From NCBI GenBank assembly GCA_043747615.1, contig JAYTOU010000033.1, positions 113,734 through 177,733 on the forward strand: 64,000 nucleotides of DNA, given 5' to 3'. The notes beneath the pieces were generated by a model. That model made no database searches and was not told the DNA's origin. It saw only the letters and a list, made by a program, of their open reading frames with translations. Of this stretch, positions 36,948-45,427 are shown one piece after another (the stretch's first letter is position 1; each line of letters opens with the position of its first letter). The translations under genes were made by a program, and so were the position numbers. The stretch comes from Myxococcales bacterium (GTDB lineage Bacteria; Myxococcota_A; Polyangia; Polyangiales; Polyangiaceae).

Positions 36948-37882
36948 CAGTCGAAGGTCCCGCCGTACGAGACGCTGCCCATCCCGATTCCAACGCTGCG
37001 TGCCGGCTGGGGCGCGCTCCAGTCGACGAAGAAGATCGCGGCGACGCCGGTCAGCACCGCAACGCCCGCGGTCACCCCCACGATCACGTTGGTCCGGACC
37101 TCTTTGCTGCGGCCGCTGTCGAGATTCGCCTGGGTGGGCGAGGCGTCGTATTTCGTCTTCTGGTTATTCGTGTCGGTGCCCGACCAGACGCTCAAGGCCA
37201 CACCGACGACGGTGAGCGCGGCCCCCCCATACACGGCAACCTTCGGCACGGCCTTCACCGGATTGACGGGCGCGACCGTCGGCCGCGGGTCGTCCTCGAT
37301 GGGGGCGACGACGACCACCGGAGCGGCGGGAGCGGGGACGTCGAGGGCCACGCTCGCCACCTCGCCCACGCGCACCGTCGACGTCTGCCGAGCCTCGAGC
37401 TGCGCGGATTTTCCGGTGATCAGGTGCTCACCCGGATTTACGTAGAGGCCTAGCTCGACCTGTCCCGCCTCGAGCACCACGCCGTCCACCGCGACCGAGC
37501 CGACGCCACGCGCAGGATGAATCTCGAATTTTCCGAGCTTGAGAGCGAGCTCGCGGAGCGCGTTGGTCGCGGTGTCACGGTCGCGTGTCTGGACAGGAGC
37601 TTCGTCGAGATAGCGGGAGTACAGGTTCGCTGCCCGCGCGAGCTCACCGGCTTTTTGCCAGGCCCGCGCGGCGTTGTAGAGCGCCGAGTAGTGCGGCTTG
37701 TCGTGGTACGCCTTCTCGAACGCGTCCCCCGCGTGACGAAAGTCACCGGCCGCGTACGCACGCTGCCCTTCGGCGAACTCAACGGCCGCCCGGTGGTCGC
37801 TCGTCTCGGCGACGACATGGTGGGACCAGAGCACGGAAGCGAGCGCCAATGCCGAGATACCCGCGCGCAGAGTTAGCCCCAT
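36947..37882 (-). CDS. Secreted TPR + PEGA-like protein
   Basis: Signal peptide; TPR-like helices (AGDAFEKAY...LYNAARAW...AANLYSRYL); VAVDG..NPGEH; C-terminal hydrophobic segments. Confidence 0.75.
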   Translation of the reverse strand: MGLTLRAGISALALASVLWSHHVVAETSDHRAAVEFAEGQRAYAAGDFRHAGDAFEKAYHDKPHYSALYNAARAWQKAGELARAANLYSRYLDEAPVQTRDRDTATNALRELALKLGKFEIHPARGVGSVAVDGVVLEAGQVELGLYVNPGEHLITGKSAQLEARQTSTVRVGEVASVALDVPAPAAPVVVVAPIEDDPRPTVAPVNPVKAVPKVAVYGGAALTVVGVALSVWSGTDTNNQKTKYDASPTQANLDSGRSKEVRTNVIVGVTAGVAVLTGVAAIFFVDWSAPQPARSVGIGMGSVSYGGTFD

Positions 37883-37936
37883 TCTTCAGCCATGGATTGT
37901 ACCGACTCCCCATAAAAAAGCTCGTTTCCTGGGCCC

Positions 37937-39880
37937 TCAGGTGGCGTTGTGCATCAGGCGCTTCAAGGGAAGCACCAGGACGAAGAGCACCCCGGCACCG
38001 ACGAACGAGGTGACGACGAAGAGATTGAAGTACTCGGTCGGAGAAATTTTTCCCCAGGTCTCGCCGATGGCGCCGCCCGCGTATTGCGCCACGGAGCTCG
38101 ACAAGAGCCAGACGCCCATGAAGAGCGACGCGAAGCGCGCAGGTGCCAGCTTAGTGACCATCGAGAGGCCCACCGGCGACAGACAGAGCTCGCCGAGCGT
38201 TGCCAGCAAATAGCTCAAAAATAGCCAGAACCCGCCGACGCGGGCGGCTTCGCTGTCCTTCGCGAGCTCACGAAGCGCGGACTTCCAGGCTGGCGGCGCG
38301 CCCTCCGCAAAGAGCTGGGTGCGCGTTGGCGCATCGATCGCTCCGGCAACGTGCAAGGTCTTCGTCGCCGGGTCCCAGGTGCCGAACGACGGCTTGTAGT
38401 CAGGTGGAGCGCCCTCCAGAACCTGGGTGACCGGTGACGCCGCCGAAGCCTTTTCCGAGGCCGCGACCAGCTTCGTGATTGCTTCGGTGTACTTCGGATC
38501 GGCGCTCTCCTTGAGGGCGAGATTCACCACGTACGGCGGAAGCACTCCCTTCACCACCAGCTCGTGCGACGCCGGATCGTAGCGCAGTCGGCCCGCGTCC
38601 ATCTTGGACACGTCGACGCCGCCCGGAAGGATCGCCAGCGGCGTCCGAGCCTCTCCGCGATTTTCGAAGATCGCCGCGCCGACCATCGCCAGGAACGAAA
38701 GGGCAATGAACACCATCGCGATGCCCATTTTCATCGGCGTCGACGGCTCTCGCTTTGCGCGCGCCAAACGCACCCACATCCACGCGAAAATAGGCGCGAA
38801 GACGACGATGCAGACCGCGTTCACCGACTGAAACGACGCGGCCGAATAGGTGTAGCCGCCGAGGTGACGGTCGGTGTGAAACTCCGCCCACAAGTTGAGC
38901 GCGTTGCCCGCCTGCTCGAAAGCCATCCAGAAGAGGACGACGAAAATGAAGAGCGAGAAAATGACGATGCTCTTGTCGCGCGCGGCACCCTTGATGGTGA
39001 GGAGCACGGCGGCCATGGCCCCCGCGATGATCGAAAACGCGACCGGCATGAAGAGCTCGGTGAGGGTCGCCTGGTGATTGACGAGGAGATAGATGTACTT
39101 CGCAGGTACCGCCACGGCGATGAACATCATGAGAAACGGCATCACCTTGGCGACCACGCCGGCGGCGCCGCCAGCAGCCGGTTTCGCCTCGTCGGCGTCC
39201 GGCACTTTCTCTTCTGCGGCCTTTTCCGTGCCCACAGCGAGGGTGTTTCCCGCCGCAGCGACGTCCTTCATGATCTGCTTTTGGCCAAGAAGAAACGTAC
39301 CGAGGCCGATCACCATGCCCACCCCGGCCGCGCCGAAGCCGTAGTGGAAGCCGTAGTGCGACTGCAGCCACTCGCCGCATACGAGGGGAGCGAGACCTGC
39401 TCCCAGGTTGATGCCCATGTAAAAGATGGTGAAAGCGCCGTCTCGCCGCGCGTCCCCTTTTTTGTACAGCTTGCCGACGAGAGTGGAGATGTTGGGCTTG
39501 AAAAATCCATTCCCCAAAATAAGGAAGGCGAGCGCCGCGTAGAACATCGGGAGCGGCTCGAAGGCCATCAGAAAATGGCCGATCGCCATGAGCACGCCAC
39601 CAATGATGATCGCGGCTCGAAGCCCCAGATAGCGATCAGCGAGGAAGCCGCCGATGAGCGGCGTCAGGTAAACCAGGCTCGTGTACCACTTGTAGACCGC
39701 CGACGATTCCTGCGGTTGCCACCCGTGATGCTGCACCAGGTAGAGCACGAGGAGCGCGCGCATACCGTAGTAACTGAATCGCTCCCACATCTCCGTGCCG
39801 AAGAGGATGTAGAGGCCGCGCGGATGGCCCTTCGGGGTGTCGGCAGAGGCATCGAGCAGGTTTTCGGTGGTAGTGGTCAT
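37937..39880 (-). CDS. POT/PTR peptide:H+ symporter with an inserted extracytoplasmic domain
   Basis: GHPRGL, EMWERFSYYGMR (ExxER), GNGFFKPNIS, FYMGINLG, FEQAG, GELCLSPVGLS. Confidence 0.95.
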   Translation of the reverse strand: MTTTTENLLDASADTPKGHPRGLYILFGTEMWERFSYYGMRALLVLYLVQHHGWQPQESSAVYKWYTSLVYLTPLIGGFLADRYLGLRAAIIIGGVLMAIGHFLMAFEPLPMFYAALAFLILGNGFFKPNISTLVGKLYKKGDARRDGAFTIFYMGINLGAGLAPLVCGEWLQSHYGFHYGFGAAGVGMVIGLGTFLLGQKQIMKDVAAAGNTLAVGTEKAAEEKVPDADEAKPAAGGAAGVVAKVMPFLMMFIAVAVPAKYIYLLVNHQATLTELFMPVAFSIIAGAMAAVLLTIKGAARDKSIVIFSLFIFVVLFWMAFEQAGNALNLWAEFHTDRHLGGYTYSAASFQSVNAVCIVVFAPIFAWMWVRLARAKREPSTPMKMGIAMVFIALSFLAMVGAAIFENRGEARTPLAILPGGVDVSKMDAGRLRYDPASHELVVKGVLPPYVVNLALKESADPKYTEAITKLVAASEKASAASPVTQVLEGAPPDYKPSFGTWDPATKTLHVAGAIDAPTRTQLFAEGAPPAWKSALRELAKDSEAARVGGFWLFLSYLLATLGELCLSPVGLSMVTKLAPARFASLFMGVWLLSSSVAQYAGGAIGETWGKISPTEYFNLFVVTSFVGAGVLFVLVLPLKRLMHNAT

Positions 39881-39986
39881 GGCGCGTCGACATGTGGAAA
39901 CCAAGCGCCGTCGGCTGTCAAGCCGTGCGCGCTCGCTCGTCAAGGAATGCTCTTCTCCGTGCTGGGGTCGTCGTAGGCTCGGTGTC

Positions 39987-41438
39987 GTGAGCCGACCGGA
40001 CAACGACGCAAGCGATGCGACCGCTCTTTCGCGATTGGGCTACGCGCAGGAGCTGGTGCGCCGCGTGGGCGGATTTTCGAGCTTCGCGATCAGCTTCTCG
40101 ATCATCAGCGTTCTCACTGGCGTGATGACCACGTACGGGGTGGCGCTGGCCGGCGGAGGGCCCGCGGCGCTCGGCTATGGGTGGCCGATCGTGTGCGTGG
40201 GAACAATGTTCGTGGCCCTGGCGATGGCCGAGCTAGCGAGCGCGTTTCCGACGGCGGGCGCGCTCTACCACTGGTCGGCGCTCCTCGGCGGTCCGGGGTG
40301 GGGATGGTTCACGGCGATGATGAACCTCGCCGGGCAGTGCGCCATCGTCGCCGCGATCGACCTCGGGTGCGCGCAGGCTCTCGCCGCGACGCTCCGCATT
40401 CCCACGTCGCTGACGATTCCAATCCTCGTGGCGATTCTCGCATCGCACGGACTCATCAACGCTTTCGGAGTTCGCTTGGTCGCGTGGCTCAATTCATTTT
40501 CGGCGACCGTGCACATCCTCGGGGTGATCGTCCTCGTGGGCGCGCTCACCCTGTTCGGCCGTGCGCAGCCCGCATCGTTCCTGGGAATGACAGGCTTCAC
40601 CACCCGCCCCGACGGCGTCTACCCGCTCGGCTTCTTGAACGCGCTCCTCCTCGGCATGTGGACGTTCACGGGCTACGACGCGTCGGCCCACGTCAGCGAG
40701 GAGACGCACGATCCATCGCGCCGCGCTCCCTGGGGAATCGTGTCTGCGGTGGGCGTCAGCGCCGTCGCCGGCTATGCGCTCGTCGTGGCCCTCACCCTCG
40801 CCGTAAAAGATCTCGGCGAAGCAGCCAAGGACACACAACCTGCACTCTACATTCTTCGCGCGTCGTTCGGAGAGCGCGCGGGCAACGTGGCGATGGGCCT
40901 CGCGATCGTCGCCATGTGGTTCTGCGGTCTGTCTTCGGTCACCAGCGCGTCGCGCACGCTGTACGCCTTCGCGCGCGACGGCGGGCCGCCGGGATCGATG
41001 GTCCTGCGTAAGGTGAGCACGGCATTCAACACGCCGATTTCGGCGATCCTCGCGACGGTGATCATGCCGCTCGCGCTCGTGCTCGTCACTTCTCCCTTCA
41101 GCGACGCGGTCTTTCTCGCGGTGGCCTCGCTTGCCACGACCGGCCTCTACGTTTCGTACGGCACGCCCATCGCCCTCGGTGCCATCGCTCGGAAACGCGG
41201 CGTGTGGCGCCACCGCGGACCGTGGAACCTCGGTCGATGGGGAGCTCTCGTGGCATGGCTTGCCGTGGCCTGGTCGCTGGGTGTGCTGGTCGTCTGCTGC
41301 CTTCCCCCGAACGGAACCGCCGGATTCCTCCTCGCTGGAGTCGTGCTCGCGATCGTCGTCCTCTACGTCGCCACCGCGCGAGGGAAGTTCACGGGGCCGC
41401 GCGTGACAATCGCTTCTGTCGAAGAGGCCTCCAGGTGA
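39987..41438 (+). CDS. APC-family amino acid permease
   Basis: LGYAQEL.R, FAISFSIIS, AELASAFPTAG.LYHWS, TGYDASAHVSEET, SRTLYAFARDG; GTG start is inferred. Confidence 0.92.
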   Translation: MSRPDNDASDATALSRLGYAQELVRRVGGFSSFAISFSIISVLTGVMTTYGVALAGGGPAALGYGWPIVCVGTMFVALAMAELASAFPTAGALYHWSALLGGPGWGWFTAMMNLAGQCAIVAAIDLGCAQALAATLRIPTSLTIPILVAILASHGLINAFGVRLVAWLNSFSATVHILGVIVLVGALTLFGRAQPASFLGMTGFTTRPDGVYPLGFLNALLLGMWTFTGYDASAHVSEETHDPSRRAPWGIVSAVGVSAVAGYALVVALTLAVKDLGEAAKDTQPALYILRASFGERAGNVAMGLAIVAMWFCGLSSVTSASRTLYAFARDGGPPGSMVLRKVSTAFNTPISAILATVIMPLALVLVTSPFSDAVFLAVASLATTGLYVSYGTPIALGAIARKRGVWRHRGPWNLGRWGALVAWLAVAWSLGVLVVCCLPPNGTAGFLLAGVVLAIVVLYVATARGKFTGPRVTIASVEEASR

Positions 41439-41711
41439 TGCGGAAAGAAGGTCGGGAGTCGCCGACGCCCACGCGTCGTTGACCGGAGGCGTGCGCGTAG
41501 CCACTTGGACGCGAGATGGGCAGCGACGAGGGCGCTGATGATGTAGGCGCAGCGGAAGTTCTCGGCGATGATGGCCGCGAGGTACTCCGTCCGAGGCACG
41601 TGGTGACCGTCTTCGTCTACGACGTGGTCCTCGATCGGCTCGAGCCGGCCTTCAAGGCGTACCTCCGATTCGACGAGACACCGTTCCAAGGGGAGCGACA
41701 TCCAACCCCTG

Positions 41712-42641
41712 ATGGCCGAGAAGAAGCAGGCGGCGGGCGCGCCCGGGGAACCCTCGGAGAGTGACGCATGGCCGAGGGTCGATCCTTCGCTCGATGACGT
41801 CAACGTGCGCTTCCACGCCGCATACGACGAAGCGCGACGGCACGCCGAGCGCTCCGGACCTGTGGTGGTGGTGCTCGCCGACAGTCTCGTCGTGTGCCGC
41901 GGCGACCATCGCCAAGAGATGCGGTTCACGCGTCCAGTGTTTCACGTCATCAAATCGGTGGCTCATGCCCCGCTCGCGATTTTCGCTCTCATGCATCCGA
42001 GGGGCACGCGTCCGATGGACTGGCCGACGCGGGACCGACTCCGGGTGACGAGAGACGTCTTGAAAGCGTCTCTGCCGCGCCTCGCTAACTGGGAGCTCGA
42101 TCCCCAAGCCCTCGCGACGCTCACCGGCGTGGTCGAGCGCTCGCTCGCATTCGTCGAGGGCGTCATCGATCGCGGCCACTGTCGCGAGGACGAGCTCGAC
42201 GACTTTGCGCGCGCTAGCGGGCCCGGGATGCTTCGGCTCACGGACGTCGCGACCCGCGTGCAGCTCGACGCGCTCGCCGCGCAGACGACGGCGGTGCTCG
42301 ACGCCATGACGGACGAGGAGCGGAGCACCTTCCAGGTGGTCGTCACCGGAGATCATCAGGCGCGGGTCCGGAGCCTCGGCATGCAGTACTTCACGAAGCT
42401 GCTCGGAGAAGCTTCCGGTGGCGAGCAGCGCGTCGCCTACGGTGAGGGTGTCGCCGACGCCGATGAAGCGATCGCTCTCGTCGGGACACGAAAGCTCGAT
42501 CGGGCCATCGCTAGCGCGTTTTTTGGGGATCCGGAGCGGCTTCAGCGAGACGTTCTCGGAGACGCCGTGGCAAAGGTGCTCGCGGGGGGCGGCGTGGAAG
42601 CTCCGCCGTCGAGGGGCAATGTCACGCACCGTGGCGCGTGA
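41712..42641 (+). CDS. Hypothetical helical protein
   Basis: 309-aa ORF with coding-like GC3, ending 23 bp before aceK; no family recognised. Confidence 0.7.
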   Translation: MAEKKQAAGAPGEPSESDAWPRVDPSLDDVNVRFHAAYDEARRHAERSGPVVVVLADSLVVCRGDHRQEMRFTRPVFHVIKSVAHAPLAIFALMHPRGTRPMDWPTRDRLRVTRDVLKASLPRLANWELDPQALATLTGVVERSLAFVEGVIDRGHCREDELDDFARASGPGMLRLTDVATRVQLDALAAQTTAVLDAMTDEERSTFQVVVTGDHQARVRSLGMQYFTKLLGEASGGEQRVAYGEGVADADEAIALVGTRKLDRAIASAFFGDPERLQRDVLGDAVAKVLAGGGVEAPPSRGNVTHRGA

Positions 42642-42664
42642 TGCACGCGTAGTCTGGCCGCACG

Positions 42665-44428
42665 ATGAGGATCTCCAACTACGACGCGATCCAGCCGGCG
42701 CTCTGTCTCGACATCGCGAGCGTGATCCTCGAAGGCTTCGACAAGCACTACCGCCTCTTCCGCGAGCGAAGCTCCAACGCCAAAGACCGCTTCGAGCGGT
42801 CCGACTGGAAGGCCGTGGTCGACGCCAGCCGCGCGCGCATCGGAATGTACGATTTGCGGGTCGCGGAGGCGGTTGACGCGGTGCGCGAGCGATTCCCGGA
42901 CGCGGGCCGGGAAGACGTGCTCTGGCATCACATCAAGCTCGCGTTCATCACCCTGCTCTACGAGCACGCTCAGCCGGAGTGCGCCGAGACCTTCTTCAAC
43001 TCGGTCGCGCGACGCCTGCTCGACCGCCGCTACTACAACAACGACTGCATCTTCAGCCGCCCCGCAATGTCGACCGAGCACATCGATGGCGAGCGGCCCA
43101 CCTACCGTTGCTACTACCCGGACGATCCGACGCTCGGCGACGCGTTTCGCGCCATCCTCGAAGACTTCGGTCTCAAGAACGAGTTTGAGGATCTCCCGCG
43201 CGACATCGAGTACGTGCGCCGCGCCATCGCCGAGCATTTTCCCGACGGCTACAACCGACTCCGCAGCTTTCAGATTCAGGTGCTCTCGTCGCTCTTCTTT
43301 CGACAGAAGGCGGCCTACGTCGTGGCGCGCGTGCTCAACGGCACGAGGATCGATCCCGTCATCGTTCCGCTGCTCAAGAATGACGAAGGCAAGATCTACG
43401 TCGACACGATCCTGCTCGACAGCGAGAACGTCGGGCGCGTCTTCACGCTCGGCCGCGCCTATTTCATGGTCGACATGGAGGTGCCGTCTGCGTACGTCGA
43501 CTTCCTCGCGTCGATTGCGCCATGGAAGCCGAAGGCCGAGCTCTACACGGTCGTCGGCCTTCAAAAGCAGGGAAAGACGCTCTTTTTTCGGGATATGACC
43601 CGCCACCTGCGTCACTCGACGGACACGTTCGTGCTCGCACCAGGCACCAAAGGAATGGTGATGCTGGTCTTCACCCTGCCCTCGTACCCGTACGTCTTCA
43701 AGGTGATCCGCGACTGGTTCGAGCTGCCGAAAGACAGCGATCGCGGTCTCGTGGAGAGCAAGTACCACTTCGTGAAGCACCACGATCGCGTCGGTCGCAT
43801 GGCGGACACCCTCGAGTTCGCGCACGTTGCGTTTCCGAGGGCGCGCTTCGCACCCGAGCTGCTCGTCGAGCTGCTCCGCGTCGCACCCAAGACCATCGAG
43901 ATCTCCGGCGATCACGTGATCGTCGAGCATCTCTACATCGAACGACGCCTCACTCCGCTCAACCTCTTTCTCGCGAACCCAGACAACGAGGCGCGCGTCT
44001 CCGAAGCGCTGGGCGAGTACGGCAATGCGATCCGGGAGCTCGCGAACGCCAATATTTTTCCGGGTGACCTTCTCTTGAAGAACTTCGGCATGACGCGCTA
44101 CGGACGGGTCGTCTTCTACGACTACGACGAGATCTGCGAGCTCACCGATTGCCGATTTCGCCGCTTGCCCAAGGCGCGCGACAACGACGAGGAGATGGCG
44201 AGCGAGCCCTGGTTCAACGTCGAAAAGAACGACATTTTTCCCGAGCAGTTTCCCACGTTCCTCGTACCCAACGGCAGACCACTCGAGCTCTTCATGGCGC
44301 ACAACGCCGATCTCGCCGACGCCGCATTTTGGGTGGCCGCTCAGGAGCGGGTGCGCGAAGGCGTGGTCGAGGACACCTTCCCCTACCCACAGGCCGTCCG
44401 CTTCAAGAACCGCTTCGGGTCGGAGTGA
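42665..44428 (+). CDS. aceK: Isocitrate dehydrogenase kinase/phosphatase
   Basis: AETFFNSV, GLQKQGKT, APGTKGMVM.VF, HDRVGRMADT, NIFPGDLLLKNFG, RVVFYDYDEI. Confidence 0.97.
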   Translation: MRISNYDAIQPALCLDIASVILEGFDKHYRLFRERSSNAKDRFERSDWKAVVDASRARIGMYDLRVAEAVDAVRERFPDAGREDVLWHHIKLAFITLLYEHAQPECAETFFNSVARRLLDRRYYNNDCIFSRPAMSTEHIDGERPTYRCYYPDDPTLGDAFRAILEDFGLKNEFEDLPRDIEYVRRAIAEHFPDGYNRLRSFQIQVLSSLFFRQKAAYVVARVLNGTRIDPVIVPLLKNDEGKIYVDTILLDSENVGRVFTLGRAYFMVDMEVPSAYVDFLASIAPWKPKAELYTVVGLQKQGKTLFFRDMTRHLRHSTDTFVLAPGTKGMVMLVFTLPSYPYVFKVIRDWFELPKDSDRGLVESKYHFVKHHDRVGRMADTLEFAHVAFPRARFAPELLVELLRVAPKTIEISGDHVIVEHLYIERRLTPLNLFLANPDNEARVSEALGEYGNAIRELANANIFPGDLLLKNFGMTRYGRVVFYDYDEICELTDCRFRRLPKARDNDEEMASEPWFNVEKNDIFPEQFPTFLVPNGRPLELFMAHNADLADAAFWVAAQERVREGVVEDTFPYPQAVRFKNRFGSE

Positions 44429-44435
44429 GTCGCCG

Positions 44436-45350
44436 CTATCGGCGCGGAGGTTGGGCGAAGCGAGGGTCCGCGCCCGGGAAGGAGCTTGCGGTGTCGCGGG
44501 TCTCGAGCTCGCGGTCCGTGTAAGCGGAGAACGTGTCGCCGCGCTCGGCGAAGAAGGCCACACCGATCACGCCCACGTTGCGGGCGCTCCCGATCTGCGC
44601 GGCATACGAATCTGCGACGCGAGCGAAGCGGAACGCGGCGACGGCATCTTGGCTCTGCCGGAAACCGTCGATCTCGAGCGTGGCGAAGGGCATGAGAACG
44701 TAACCGCGGTTGCCAGGAGTACCCGGCTGCCCGTTGATGACGTCGAGACCATCGACGGTAGCAACGGTCTCGAAGCGGTGGCCGGTGTGGTTGGTGACAG
44801 AGATGGTGTAGCGCGCGCCGATCGTGCCCATGACGTACGTGCGGTCGCCGACGTGCGCGGCTTCGAGCGGCTCTCCGTTGCCGTCGCGAATCGAAACGCT
44901 GATGGCCCCACCCGCTGCGCTCACGTCGCGAAAATGCGGGGTGCGGTCGGCGTGGTAAGCGATGAGGGCAACGACGCCTGCGCGGTCGTTGTAGTGAAGG
45001 GCGGCGGCGGCGAAGGGGCGATCGCTGTCCGCGCGAACGAAGCTGACGTCGTGCACCCGCGAGGAACGGCTCTCTCCCCACTCGGTGCCGAGGCCGGGCC
45101 GCTGGCGTGGCTCAGGAGCTGGGCTCACCGGCGCCGGTTGCCCGGAGACGCTCGCCGTACGGGGCGCGCTCGACTCGCTCAGCACGTTCACGGAGCCGCC
45201 CGCAGGCGCTCCATCGGCCACGGGAGCGTACCGCGCGGACAGCTGCGACGGACTCTCTGCCGCTTTGGACGAACCACGCATGGCGCTGCCGCCCCCGCAG
45301 CCAGTCAGCAGGAACATTACCAAGCAGCACCACGTCAGAAGCTTTTGCAT
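44436..45350 (-). CDS. Conserved hypothetical lipoprotein
   Basis: LTGC lipobox; domain G.RYTI.V.N...VDGLDVING...GYVL.P...IDGFR...SYA....NVGVIGVAFF.E. Confidence 0.8.
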   Translation of the reverse strand: MQKLLTWCCLVMFLLTGCGGGSAMRGSSKAAESPSQLSARYAPVADGAPAGGSVNVLSESSAPRTASVSGQPAPVSPAPEPRQRPGLGTEWGESRSSRVHDVSFVRADSDRPFAAAALHYNDRAGVVALIAYHADRTPHFRDVSAAGGAISVSIRDGNGEPLEAAHVGDRTYVMGTIGARYTISVTNHTGHRFETVATVDGLDVINGQPGTPGNRGYVLMPFATLEIDGFRQSQDAVAAFRFARVADSYAAQIGSARNVGVIGVAFFAERGDTFSAYTDRELETRDTASSFPGADPRFAQPPRR

Positions 45351-45427
45351 CTTGTCCTCCGTAAGCGACGGAAGCGCCCGTCGTATGGCTTCAACGGACG
45401 AGAAGCGTGGCCCTTACACCTTCGATT

